A DNA stretch of 55,833 nucleotides from Bacteroidota bacterium (GTDB lineage Bacteria > Bacteroidota > Bacteroidia > AKYH767-A > 2013-40CM-41-45). The position numbers and the translations under genes are program-made. Where the stretch lies: positions 1-55,833 of the forward strand of contig JANLOW010000059.1 of the NCBI GenBank assembly GCA_031366785.1, given 5' to 3'. The notes under the pieces were generated by a model. The model was given only the letters and a program-made list of their open reading frames with translations, ran no database searches and was not told the origin of the DNA. Positions 47,238-55,833 of this stretch are shown piece after piece; within the stretch, counting starts at the first letter, position 1; the number at the start of each line of letters is the position of its first letter.

Positions 47238-47251
47238 CACAATCATTATCT

Positions 47252-48871
47252 TTAATATTTTATCAGAATAATTCCTTTTTCTGCTTCATTCTCCGTAATG
47301 AATGAAGCAAAATAAATTCCACTTTCCAAATCTTCCATATCCAATATAAAAGGACTGTAATGCACTTTTACTGATTTGATAATTTTTCCATAGGCATCAT
47401 TCACAATCAATATTCCTTCCGGAGAAAAATTATTATCAGTAGAAATTTCTATTTTATTATAGAATGGGTTTGGAAATATATTAATTTTTTTTTCTTTTGA
47501 AATATTTGAATTTATGTTTGTGAAAAGACAGGCATCATCATTAGTAGGGTTAAAAAAAGTTTCAGTCAAAACGAATGTATTGAATGGCAATCCGGACAAT
47601 TGATTAAAATTTATAGAATGAAAAGGCATGTTAAAAACGCTATCAATTGGATTTACACTTTCTTCATGGCAACCGGTTAATCCCATTGAATCTGTTTTAA
47701 TGAAAACCATTTGACTGCTATCATTAAAAAGATAATTATTAGTGAATCCTGGAATTAGATATCCGCCATCATTTGCTTTTGCAGACCTGAAAGCTTCATC
47801 CTGCAATCCGTCTCCATAAGTTTCCATCCATTGGAGGTCCCCATTTACATTGGTCTTCATCAAAAAAATATTAGCACTATCACCTCCAAGTTTATGGCCA
47901 TATCCGAGGCTTTCTGTATAGCCTGATAAAATATATGAGAAATCGTTTGTAATATGAATGTCATAGCCTGCATCGGTATATGAATTTCCAAATGTTTTAG
48001 ACCATTGAACATTGCCGCTGCTATCCGTTTTCATAAGAAGAATATCATAATTACCGGCACCGAAAGTAGAAGTTGATCCTGTAAAAATAAAACCATTATC
48101 CGGCAAGCGTCTTACAGAAGTCAATTCCTCCCAAAGTGAATCACCATACTGTTTTGCCCACAAAAGATTTCCTGAAGCATCCGTTCGTAAAAGCAAACCA
48201 TCTGATTCCTGTTTCCCAGCAGGAAATGTAATTTGTCTACCGGTAATAATAAAACCGTTATCAGGCAATTGAATTATACTTAAGCCGTCTTCCCTTTCTA
48301 TTGAACCGAAAGACCTGGTAAAAAGAGTATCGCCATTTACATCTGTACGTATTAAAAGTATATCCGAAGAACCGGAAGAAAGGCTTTCTGAATAGCCAAC
48401 TGCTGCATAACCATTATCTGATGTTTCTATTAACTGAACAAGATTATCATTCCCCGTCCCTCCATAAGATTTAGACCAAAGTAAATGTCCTATAGAATCT
48501 GTTTTAAAGATAATTGCAGCTGTTGGGAATCCGGATTGTACGTTACTTCGTCCGGCACATAGGATATCATGATTAGATGTTTCAATAGCAAATTCAGAAT
48601 TATCATACACTGTTGTTCCATAAGCATAACTCCATATTATTTGTCCCAGGCTATCAGTTTTAATTAAAGTCGCATCGACGTTGCCGGCACCAAATGAAAA
48701 TGATGCACCATTAATGATAAAACCATTATCAAAAGTATTAAAAATAGTTTGCGCCCTGTCGTGATCACTACCCCCAATTAAATGTTGAAAGTTTAATTGA
48801 CTAAAAACAACATTCAAATTAAAAACAAACAGAAAGGGAAATAATAAATACTTTTTTAAAATCATATTCAA
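47252..48871 (-). CDS. Secreted seven-repeat beta-propeller-like protein with T9SS type-A C-terminal sorting domain
   Basis: Signal peptide. Seven ~50-aa repeats (e.g. FGAGNVDATLIKTDSLGQIIWSYAYG, FGAGNYDILLMKTDSSGNVQWSKTFG). CTD: INIFPNPFYNKIEIS...LESGIYFASF...GIILIKY. Confidence 0.8.
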   Translation of the reverse strand: MNMILKKYLLFPFLFVFNLNVVFSQLNFQHLIGGSDHDRAQTIFNTFDNGFIINGASFSFGAGNVDATLIKTDSLGQIIWSYAYGTTVYDNSEFAIETSNHDILCAGRSNVQSGFPTAAIIFKTDSIGHLLWSKSYGGTGNDNLVQLIETSDNGYAAVGYSESLSSGSSDILLIRTDVNGDTLFTRSFGSIEREDGLSIIQLPDNGFIITGRQITFPAGKQESDGLLLRTDASGNLLWAKQYGDSLWEELTSVRRLPDNGFIFTGSTSTFGAGNYDILLMKTDSSGNVQWSKTFGNSYTDAGYDIHITNDFSYILSGYTESLGYGHKLGGDSANIFLMKTNVNGDLQWMETYGDGLQDEAFRSAKANDGGYLIPGFTNNYLFNDSSQMVFIKTDSMGLTGCHEESVNPIDSVFNMPFHSINFNQLSGLPFNTFVLTETFFNPTNDDACLFTNINSNISKEKKINIFPNPFYNKIEISTDNNFSPEGILIVNDAYGKIIKSVKVHYSPFILDMEDLESGIYFASFITENEAEKGIILIKY

Positions 48872-49243
48872 TTTATTTTAATCAGTTTTAAAAGTAAATA
48901 TCTTTAACAATTATTATGTGATTAGATTTCAAACTTTATTAACCATCAGACAGGTACAACTAGTAGGTTCAAACAAACTGATAAAAATGGAATGAATGTT
49001 AGCCGAACAAGGCTTTATAGAGAGATAATTATCCTAATAACGCTTTTTAAGAGCAATAAGCTCAATAAATTTCAATAAAAGTGCTTTGTAATTTTATTAT
49101 TACCGCCTAAATGTGGATATTTGACGACTTTCAAATCAATGTAATTATAGAATTTGAATTTATCTAAAAATCCACAAATAAATATTAAATTAAGGTAATT
49201 TATATAATGCATTATTCATTACTTAAAAAAAAAACTAATACAA

Positions 49244-50713
49244 ATGCCACTTACAACAACTCGATTTCCTGAAGTTAAAAATTATATCGGCGGTAAATTT
49301 GTCGGTTCGGTAAAAAAATCAATGGATGTGCTTTCGCCGCTTGATGGTTCAGTAATATCTACGGTTCCGCTTTCAGCGATTGAGGATTTAAATTTAGCCG
49401 TTGAATCCGCTCAAAATGCCTTTCAAACATGGTCATCAATGCCGGTAAAGGAAAGGGTACAGATTTTTTTTCGTTATAAAACATTGCTTGAAAAAAATCT
49501 TCAGGAATTGGCTACGCTCGTTCATGAAGAAAATGGAAAAACCATTGATGAAGCAATTGCTGAAGTTGAGAAGAGTATTGAACTTACAGAATTTGCTTGC
49601 AGTATGCCTCAGTTAATTCCTGGAAAAATTCTTGAAGTCAGCCGTGGAGTCGAATGCCGAATTGATCATAAACCTTTAGGTGTTGTAGCATCGATTGCGC
49701 CATTTAATTTTCCCCATATGGTTCCACACTGGACAATTCCAAATGCACTTGTTCTGGGAAATTGTATGATACTTAAACCTTCCGAGCAGGTTCCACTTTC
49801 ATCAAATAGAATTGCTCTAATGCTTAAAGAAGCCGGATTACCGGATGGTGTCTTTAATATAGTAAACGGAGACAGAGAAATTGTTGAAGCGATATGTGAT
49901 CATCCGGGAATTTTAGCCGTTTCTTTCGTCGGTTCTACCAAGGTTGCAAAAATTGTTTATAAGCGTGCGACTTCTAATTTAAAAAGATGTCTTTCACTGG
50001 GAGGAGCAAAAAACCATCTTATCGTAATGCCTGATGCTCATCCGGAAATGACAGCATCAAATGTTACAGCATCGATGAGTGGGTGTGCAGGTCAAAGATG
50101 TATGGCTGCATCAGCTATGGTTGGAGTTGGAAATATTGATCATATCGTAAATAAAATTTGTGAAGAAGCGAGCAAAATTGTTCCGGGAAAAAATCTTGGT
50201 GCCGTAATAAGTAAGGAAGCTCAGGAAAGAATAAACAGATATATTACTGAAGCAGAAAAAGCCGGTGCAAAAATTTTAGTTGATGGTAGAAATTCAAAAG
50301 TTGACGGGAAAGAAAACGGGTTTTATGTAGGACCAACAGTTATCGATTATGTAACGCCTGATATGGCAATTGCAAAAGAAGAAGTATTCGGACCGGTGAT
50401 TGCAATTATTCGTGCGAAAGATATTAGCGAAGCATTAGAAATAGAAAACAGTTCAGAGTATGGAAATGCTGCTTCTGTTTTTACACAAAGTGGAGGCATT
50501 GCCCGTCTGGTAATGGAAAAAGCAAGTGCGGGAATGATTGGTATAAATATCGGTGTTCCGGTTCCACGTGAACCATTTTCATTCGGTGGTTGGAACGATT
50601 CTAAATTTGGTGTCGGCGACATTACCGGTGAAAGTTCAATAGAATTCTGGACACAGTTAAAGAAGACCTCTGTAAAATGGAATGCAGAGTCGAAAACAAA
50701 TTGGATGAGTTGA
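49244..50713 (+). CDS. mmsA: CoA-acylating methylmalonate/malonate-semialdehyde dehydrogenase
   Basis: ALDH fold with the MMSDH-specific CAGQRCMA catalytic Cys context, LGGAKNH, and N-terminal NYIGGKFV. Confidence 0.9.
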   Translation: MPLTTTRFPEVKNYIGGKFVGSVKKSMDVLSPLDGSVISTVPLSAIEDLNLAVESAQNAFQTWSSMPVKERVQIFFRYKTLLEKNLQELATLVHEENGKTIDEAIAEVEKSIELTEFACSMPQLIPGKILEVSRGVECRIDHKPLGVVASIAPFNFPHMVPHWTIPNALVLGNCMILKPSEQVPLSSNRIALMLKEAGLPDGVFNIVNGDREIVEAICDHPGILAVSFVGSTKVAKIVYKRATSNLKRCLSLGGAKNHLIVMPDAHPEMTASNVTASMSGCAGQRCMAASAMVGVGNIDHIVNKICEEASKIVPGKNLGAVISKEAQERINRYITEAEKAGAKILVDGRNSKVDGKENGFYVGPTVIDYVTPDMAIAKEEVFGPVIAIIRAKDISEALEIENSSEYGNAASVFTQSGGIARLVMEKASAGMIGINIGVPVPREPFSFGGWNDSKFGVGDITGESSIEFWTQLKKTSVKWNAESKTNWMS

Positions 50714-50807
50714 GATAATCTGTTAATTAGCTAATTATTTTTCAATAAAAATATTTCAATTCTGTTCACTATATTAAATGCTAACGAAAATTTACTAATT
50801 AAATAAA

Positions 50808-52160
50808 ATGCTCACCACCACCCTCACTGAAAAGGAAATAATCCTTCAAAACAATTTAGAATATACAATCTTCTCTTGGTCAAAACAGGCTGGATTGAAT
50901 CCATTGAATATAAACAAGGCTAAAGGAATAAATATTTACGACCGCAGCGGAAAAAAATATATTGATTTTTCGTCTCAGCTAATGAATATGAATATTGGTC
51001 ATGGTCATCCTCGCGTTAAAGAAGCAGTTATAAAGCAAATGGAAGAAGTTAGTTTTGTTCATCCCGGAATGATTACTAAAGCACGTGGTGAATTGGGGAA
51101 AAAACTTGCGGAGATTACACCCGGATCACTTAAAAAAACATTCTTCACGAATGCCGGTGCTGAAGCTATAGAAAATGCAATAAAATTTGCGCGGCTATAT
51201 ACCGGTCGTCATAAAATTTTTACATTATATCAAGGTTATCACGGTTCTTCGTATGGAGCTATGTCAGCTAGCGGAGATCCTCGAGGTATTGCCCATGACG
51301 GACAAGGAGCTCCAAATTTTATACATGTAGAAAATCCTTATTTCTATCGTTGTCCTTGGAACAGTTCAACACAAGAAGAATGTTCTGAGAATGCTGCGAA
51401 TCATATGGAACGGCTGATTAAATATGAAGGGCCGTCGACAGTAGCTGCAATTCTCATCGAAGGAGAAAGTGGTTCCAGCGGATGTATTAAATATCCACCG
51501 GGATACTGGAAAAAAATAAGAGAAATTGCAGACAGATATGGGATTTTGCTTATCTGTGATGAAGTAATGAGTGGATTCGGAAGAACAGGAAAATGGTTTG
51601 GAGTAAATCATCACGATGTAGTTCCTGATATTATGTGTTTTGCCAAAGGACTTACATGTGGTTATATTCCGCTTGGAGGTATGATTATCAAAGAAGAAAT
51701 AATAAATAAATATAACGACAAACCACTTCCACTTGGATTAACTTATTCAGGACATGCAGTTGCTTGTGCAGCTGCTATCGAAGTTTTGCAAATTTATGAA
51801 GATGAAAATCTGATCAGCAATGCTGCTGCTATGGGCAAACACATGGAAATGCGAATTGAAAAAATGAAAGAGAAACATCCATCTATTGGTGATTATAGAA
51901 ACACAGGTTTACTTGGCTGTATTGAACTTGTTAAAAACAGGAAAACAAAAGAGCCAATGGCACCATGGAATGCAACAGCAGACGAAATGGTCATAATGAA
52001 TAAAGTTAATGCTAAACTTTTAGAATTAGGATTATTTACATTCGTCAGATGGAATTATATTTTTACAGCTCCCCCACTTTGTATTAATAAAGATGAATTA
52101 GACGAAGCATTGGATATTGTTTCGCAAGCGATTGAGGTGGCGGATGAGTATTGTAGGTAG
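50808..52160 (+). CDS. Class-III PLP aminotransferase (omega-amino acid:pyruvate type)
   Basis: GYHGSSYGA, LICDEVMSGFGRTGKWF and DIMCFAKGLTCGYIPLG (PLP-Lys) motifs. Confidence 0.9.
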   Translation: MLTTTLTEKEIILQNNLEYTIFSWSKQAGLNPLNINKAKGINIYDRSGKKYIDFSSQLMNMNIGHGHPRVKEAVIKQMEEVSFVHPGMITKARGELGKKLAEITPGSLKKTFFTNAGAEAIENAIKFARLYTGRHKIFTLYQGYHGSSYGAMSASGDPRGIAHDGQGAPNFIHVENPYFYRCPWNSSTQEECSENAANHMERLIKYEGPSTVAAILIEGESGSSGCIKYPPGYWKKIREIADRYGILLICDEVMSGFGRTGKWFGVNHHDVVPDIMCFAKGLTCGYIPLGGMIIKEEIINKYNDKPLPLGLTYSGHAVACAAAIEVLQIYEDENLISNAAAMGKHMEMRIEKMKEKHPSIGDYRNTGLLGCIELVKNRKTKEPMAPWNATADEMVIMNKVNAKLLELGLFTFVRWNYIFTAPPLCINKDELDEALDIVSQAIEVADEYCR

Positions 52161-52164
52161 TAGC

Positions 52165-52213
52165 GGGTATCAGGTATCGAGTATCCGGTATCAAGTATCG
52201 GGTATCAAGAGTC
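52165..52213. repeat. Left arm: seven tandem heptamers (GGGTATC AGGTATC GAGTATC CGGTATC AAGTATC GGGTATC AAGAGTC)
   Basis: Exact 7-nt register read from the sequence. It starts 5 nt after the aminotransferase stop codon. Confidence 0.8.
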
Positions 52214-52330
52214 AAGAAATTTGATTCATAATATGCAATTTCATTCTAGTAAAATTAATTTCGTAAATAATTTTACAAGAATTCTTTCCAATCAAAATAC
52301 ATGAAATATAAAATACTATTATTGTTTCCT

Positions 52331-52405
52331 AATACTTGAACTAAATACCCGAACCCAATACTCGATACCCAATACTCGATACCTGATACTCGATACCCGA
52401 TACCC
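52331..52405. repeat. Right arm: about 10 heptamers, inverted relative to the left arm (reverse complement GGGTATC GGGTATC GAGTATC AGGTATC GAGTATT GGGTATC GAGTATT GGGTTCG ...)
   Basis: Complementary to the left arm at about 38 of 42 positions over the outer six heptamers. It is followed by T6 and then, 8 nt after the arm, the NCS1 ATG. Confidence 0.8.
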
Positions 52406-52413
52406 TTTTTTAA

Positions 52414-53844
52414 ATGTCCCTCCTAAACAAAGACCTCGCTCCTGTACTTCCTGAAAATCGTACATGGAATACATGGAACTATGCTGCCTTATGGATAAGC
52501 ATGAGTTTGTGTATACCGACGTATATGTTGGCGAGTTCGCTTATTGAAGGAGGTATGAATTGGTGGCAGGCTATTCTCACAATTTTTCTTGGGAATACTA
52601 TTGTTTTATTACCCATGATTTTAAATGGACATGCAGGTGCTAAATATGGAATACCTTTTCCTGTTTTGGCTCGAGCAAGTTTTGGGGTTCGTGGTGCTAA
52701 CATACCTGCATTGCTTCGCGCCATTGTTGCTTGTGGATGGTTTGGTATACAAACATGGATTGGTGGTTTTGCTATTTATCAAATGTTTCATGTTTGGTTT
52801 CCGGCTATTGAAAATATTCCTCAAATATTTCCTGATTCATTCAGCCTGCAGACAGGGCCGGCGATTACATTTTTTCTTTTCTGGCTTATAAATATGTATG
52901 TTGTAAAACTTGGTGTAGAAAGCATAAAGAAGTTATTGGTATTTAAAGCATTTTTTCTTCCATTCGCTGCATTGGCTTTATTGTTTTGGGCTATATCAGC
53001 AGGTAATGGTTTAGGGCCTATTCTTGCTCAGCCATCGAAGTTTCATACATCCGGTGAATTCTGGAAATTCTTTTTTCCCGGACTTACAGGAATGGTTGGA
53101 TATTGGGCAACGCTCTCGCTAAATATTCCTGATTTTACAAGATATGCAAAAAGTCAACGGGCACAGGTTCTTGGACAAATTATTGGCTTACCACCATCGA
53201 TGACACTTTTCGCTTTTATCGGTGTAGTAGTTACATCGGCGACAATGATTATCTATGGTCATACCATTTGGGATCCATTGGTACTTGCAGGCAAATTTGA
53301 AAGTAAAGCCTTAGTAAGTTTTGCAATGATTGCAGTTGCACTCTCAACCCTTGCAACAAATATTGCAGCAAACATTGTGAGTCCTGCGAATGATTTTTCA
53401 AATCTCTCCCCTTCAAAAATTGATTTTCGGAAAGGTGGCTACATAACCGGGTTTATCGGCATCCTTATCTTCCCTTGGAAATTAATAGCTGATCCGAATG
53501 GTTACATTTTTACATGGCTTATTGCTTATTCAAGTCTACTGGGACCTGTAGGAGGAATTATGATAGTAGATTACTTTTTTATCCGAAGGAAAAAATTGAT
53601 TGTAGATAATCTCTATTCTTTCAATGGAGAATACAGTTATTCAAATGGATATAATCGTTATGCAATTATTGCATTACTTGTCGGAATATTACCAAATATT
53701 CCAGGCTTTTTAACGACAACTCACATCATTAATCAGGAAAATGTTTGGCCTTGGCTGGCAAATCTCTATAACTATGCCTGGTTTGTTGGCTTTGCTGTAT
53801 CATCGTTAGTTTATTATCAACTGATGAAACGTAAGTCAAAATGA
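52414..53844 (+). CDS. NCS1-family nucleobase/allantoin:cation symporter
   Basis: 12 TM helices. N-terminal LAPVLPENRTWNTWNYAALWISM and GAKYGIPFPVLARASFG motifs typical of NCS1 (Mhp1/PucI/FUR-like). Confidence 0.9.
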   Translation: MSLLNKDLAPVLPENRTWNTWNYAALWISMSLCIPTYMLASSLIEGGMNWWQAILTIFLGNTIVLLPMILNGHAGAKYGIPFPVLARASFGVRGANIPALLRAIVACGWFGIQTWIGGFAIYQMFHVWFPAIENIPQIFPDSFSLQTGPAITFFLFWLINMYVVKLGVESIKKLLVFKAFFLPFAALALLFWAISAGNGLGPILAQPSKFHTSGEFWKFFFPGLTGMVGYWATLSLNIPDFTRYAKSQRAQVLGQIIGLPPSMTLFAFIGVVVTSATMIIYGHTIWDPLVLAGKFESKALVSFAMIAVALSTLATNIAANIVSPANDFSNLSPSKIDFRKGGYITGFIGILIFPWKLIADPNGYIFTWLIAYSSLLGPVGGIMIVDYFFIRRKKLIVDNLYSFNGEYSYSNGYNRYAIIALLVGILPNIPGFLTTTHIINQENVWPWLANLYNYAWFVGFAVSSLVYYQLMKRKSK

Positions 53845-53859
53845 CTTTTAAATAAAAAA

Positions 53860-54822
53860 TTATTTCTTGTTTTTAACACTAATGATTTCAGCGGCTATGC
53901 TTACAGCAATCTCTTCAGGAGTTTGGCTATTGATAGGGACACCAATGGGTGCAAAAAGTTTATTTAATTTTTCTTCGGATAAATTATCTCTACGCCATTC
54001 TTCAAATAATTTTTCCATTTTTGATTGACTACCTAAAACTCCCAGGTATTTAAAATCTTTATAAATTAAAGATCGAAGAGCAATATCGTCTGTACGATAA
54101 CCAAATGTCATGATTACAACAAAAATATTATTCCCTGAAGGAATTAAATCTTTGAGAACAGAATAATCAGAGATTACTTTTTTCTCTTTAACAAATGTAT
54201 TTTGAATAAAAGTATTGAGGTCCTTTCTATCATCATATAAGTGAATATTAAAATCCATTTGGCTCATTATTTTTGAAAGAGCGAGTGCACAATGTCCTCC
54301 TCCGATAATGTATAATTGATTCTTATAACCAATTGTTTCACTGTATTGCCAGTCTTCCTCTGAATTCATTTGAAAATAATTAACGGATTCACTATCGTTT
54401 TCGGAAAATGAGAAATCTTTGTTAGAAATTGTCAAAATACCATAACGGTTGTTTTCGAGACAATTAATTATTTTTTTAATAGGATTAGAATGATCAATAG
54501 ACAATTGAAAAAGAGCAATCGTTTGTTCACCCGAACAAATCATTCCGCTTTGATTCTTTTTTGCAGATTTGTTATGAATCTGCTTTCGAATGAGAGTATC
54601 CTTGGAATTTGAAAGCAATTTCTCTTTAGCCATCTCTACGAATTTGTATTCCATAATACCTCCTCCAATTGATCCAAAGATTTCATCTGAAGTAACTGCC
54701 ATTTTAAACCCTTTCCGGCCAGGACTACTTCCATGACTTTCAAGAACACAAAGCAAGATTACAGGTTGTGACTTATTTAAATGTTTTAATATGAAATGCC
54801 AAAAATTAATATCGACTACCAT
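53860..54822 (-). CDS. XdhC-family molybdenum-hydroxylase maturation/accessory protein
   Basis: N-terminal XdhC_CoxI-like region (LCVLESHGSSPGRKGFKM) and C-terminal Rossmann-like XdhC_C (LYIIGGGHCALAL). Confidence 0.75.
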   Translation of the reverse strand: MVVDINFWHFILKHLNKSQPVILLCVLESHGSSPGRKGFKMAVTSDEIFGSIGGGIMEYKFVEMAKEKLLSNSKDTLIRKQIHNKSAKKNQSGMICSGEQTIALFQLSIDHSNPIKKIINCLENNRYGILTISNKDFSFSENDSESVNYFQMNSEEDWQYSETIGYKNQLYIIGGGHCALALSKIMSQMDFNIHLYDDRKDLNTFIQNTFVKEKKVISDYSVLKDLIPSGNNIFVVIMTFGYRTDDIALRSLIYKDFKYLGVLGSQSKMEKLFEEWRRDNLSEEKLNKLFAPIGVPINSQTPEEIAVSIAAEIISVKNKK

Positions 54823-54973
54823 TCTTTAAAAATAAAAAAATGAAACAATATGCGAAGATACTATTACAAATTCTATCAAAACTCAAAAGTTTATTTAAAT
54901 CCAAATACATAAAAAAGACATAAGAAATACTAATTTGTAATTCCTTTCTTGTTCCAATCAATCATCTGAAATT

Positions 54974-55002
54974 AAATCCTATTTTTGTTGCCCATAGGAT
55001 TT
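54974..55002. promoter_or_regulatory. 9-bp perfect inverted repeat AAATCCTAT-N11-ATAGGATTT immediately upstream of allB
   Basis: Read directly. The right arm ends 8 nt before the ATG at 55011. Confidence 0.3.
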
Positions 55003-55010
55003 GAAAGTAT

Positions 55011-55833
55011 ATGCATTGCACTCTTTTAATAAAAAGTAATCGGATTCTTACCCCGGAAGGGTTAGTTAAAGGTACTATTTGCATAATTGACGATAAAATA
55101 ATTTCCTGTGAAGAAGGCGACCGTTCGTATTCTGCTGAAAAAATTATTGATGCAGGAAACAATGTCGTAATGCCAGGTATTATTGATCCGCATGTTCATA
55201 TCAATGAACCCGGTAGAACGGAATGGGAGGGATTTCATACCGGAACTAAATCAGCAGCGGCCGGTGGAATTACGACGTTAATAGATATGCCTTTGAATTC
55301 GACACCGGTTACAACATCGCTTAAAAATCTTCACTTGAAGATAGAAGCAGCCAATAAAAATTCGCATGTAAATTGCGGTTTCTGGGGAGGCGTTGTTCCC
55401 GGCAATCTGAATAACTTAGAAGAATTACTTCAAGGCGGTGTTTTCGGATTAAAAACTTTTCTTACCCATTCCGGAATTGATGATTTTCCGGAAACACCTC
55501 CATCAAAACTTCGTGAGGTTTTACTCCTTCTGAAAAAATATGACAGGCCATTGCTAGTCCATTGTGAATTAAGTGAGGAACATCATGGCGTAAGGAATTT
55601 AAAAAATAATCAGGGAAGCTACCGGGCATATTTAGAATCACGACCGAAATCGTGGGAAAATAAAGCTATTGAAGCGATGATTAATCTCTGCAGAGAAACT
55701 GGCGCACATGTTCATATTGTTCATCTTTCTTCTGCAGAAGCATTACCTCTAATAAAAAAAGCAAGAGAAGAAGGACTTCCGCTAACAGTTGAAACAGCAC
55801 CACATTATTTATTTTTTTCATCCGAAGAAATAA
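55011..55833 (+). CDS. allB: Allantoinase (cyclic amidohydrolase), 3'-truncated by the window end
   Basis: This open frame from the ATG at 55011 to the window end is absent from the ORF track because it has no stop. MHCTLLIKSNRILTPEG...PGIIDPHVHINEPGRTEWEGFHTGTKSAAAGGITTLIDMPLNSTP...LLVHCE...SRP...HIVHLSS...ETAPHY is collinear with E. coli AllB motifs (DAHTHISEPGRSHWEGY, MPLNQLP, VHCE, HVCHVSS, ESCPHY). Confidence 0.85.
   Translation, partial: MHCTLLIKSNRILTPEGLVKGTICIIDDKIISCEEGDRSYSAEKIIDAGNNVVMPGIIDPHVHINEPGRTEWEGFHTGTKSAAAGGITTLIDMPLNSTPVTTSLKNLHLKIEAANKNSHVNCGFWGGVVPGNLNNLEELLQGGVFGLKTFLTHSGIDDFPETPPSKLREVLLLLKKYDRPLLVHCELSEEHHGVRNLKNNQGSYRAYLESRPKSWENKAIEAMINLCRETGAHVHIVHLSSAEALPLIKKAREEGLPLTVETAPHYLFFSSEEI

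Noticed and set aside
52165-52405. Possible CRISPR array
   Set aside because: The repeat unit is only 7 nt, strictly tandem and without spacers, and the two arrays are inverted. No cas genes are present. This is not CRISPR architecture.
54962-55162. 66-aa minus-strand ORF
   Set aside because: It overlaps the 5' end of the well-supported open-ended allantoinase frame on the opposite strand.
55011-55833. Dihydropyrimidinase/hydantoinase call for the partial amidohydrolase (suggested by the neighbouring mmsA and aminotransferase)
   Set aside because: The motif series HVHINEPGRTEWEGF, MPLNSTP, VHCE, HIVHLSS and ETAPHY follows E. coli AllB much more closely than what I recall of DHPases. I keep it as an alternative to test, because the C-terminal half is missing.

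Overview
AT-rich chromosomal segment from a Bacteroidota genome. The phylum call rests on the 16S 5' end, the gldJ/porP/porU/porV gliding and type IX secretion genes, and TTTG-N19-TAnnTTTG promoter boxes. The window starts inside a minus-strand 16S rRNA gene, so its leader and promoters lie at about 128-520. It then carries about 50 densely packed protein genes. In order these are: an envelope cluster (ArnT-like glycosyltransferase, mtgA, an orphan 809-aa exported protein, an SLT+TPR lytic transglycosylase); rpsU-xerC-hpf; housekeeping genes (acyl-CoA dehydrogenase, pyrF, ispF, cdd, waaA); a T9SS core locus; a tight 5-gene operon around a bacterial VTC-like tunnel domain with DUF4956 and DUF2490; a propeller/LytS-type histidine kinase plus LytTR regulator flanked by two YceI paralogs, an OB-fold protein and DoxX; a type III polyketide synthase / FAD oxidoreductase / UbiA prenyltransferase cluster; two T9SS-cargo-like proteins; and a nitrogen-compound catabolism block (mmsA, class-III aminotransferase, NCS1 permease, XdhC, 5'-partial allantoinase). 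No CRISPR array, transposase, phage gene or tRNA was seen. The items I think most deserve follow-up are: (1) the VTC/DUF4956/DUF2490 envelope operon; (2) an about 240-bp element built from inverted arrays of 7-nt tandem repeats at 52165-52405, with a related one-armed copy at 41249; (3) the type III PKS-UbiA cluster; (4) a perfect 21-bp-phased direct repeat matching LytTR site architecture right after the LytTR regulator gene; (5) a K+ channel whose selectivity filter reads TVGYRE instead of TVGYGD. All product calls come from by-eye motif recognition. No database search was run.
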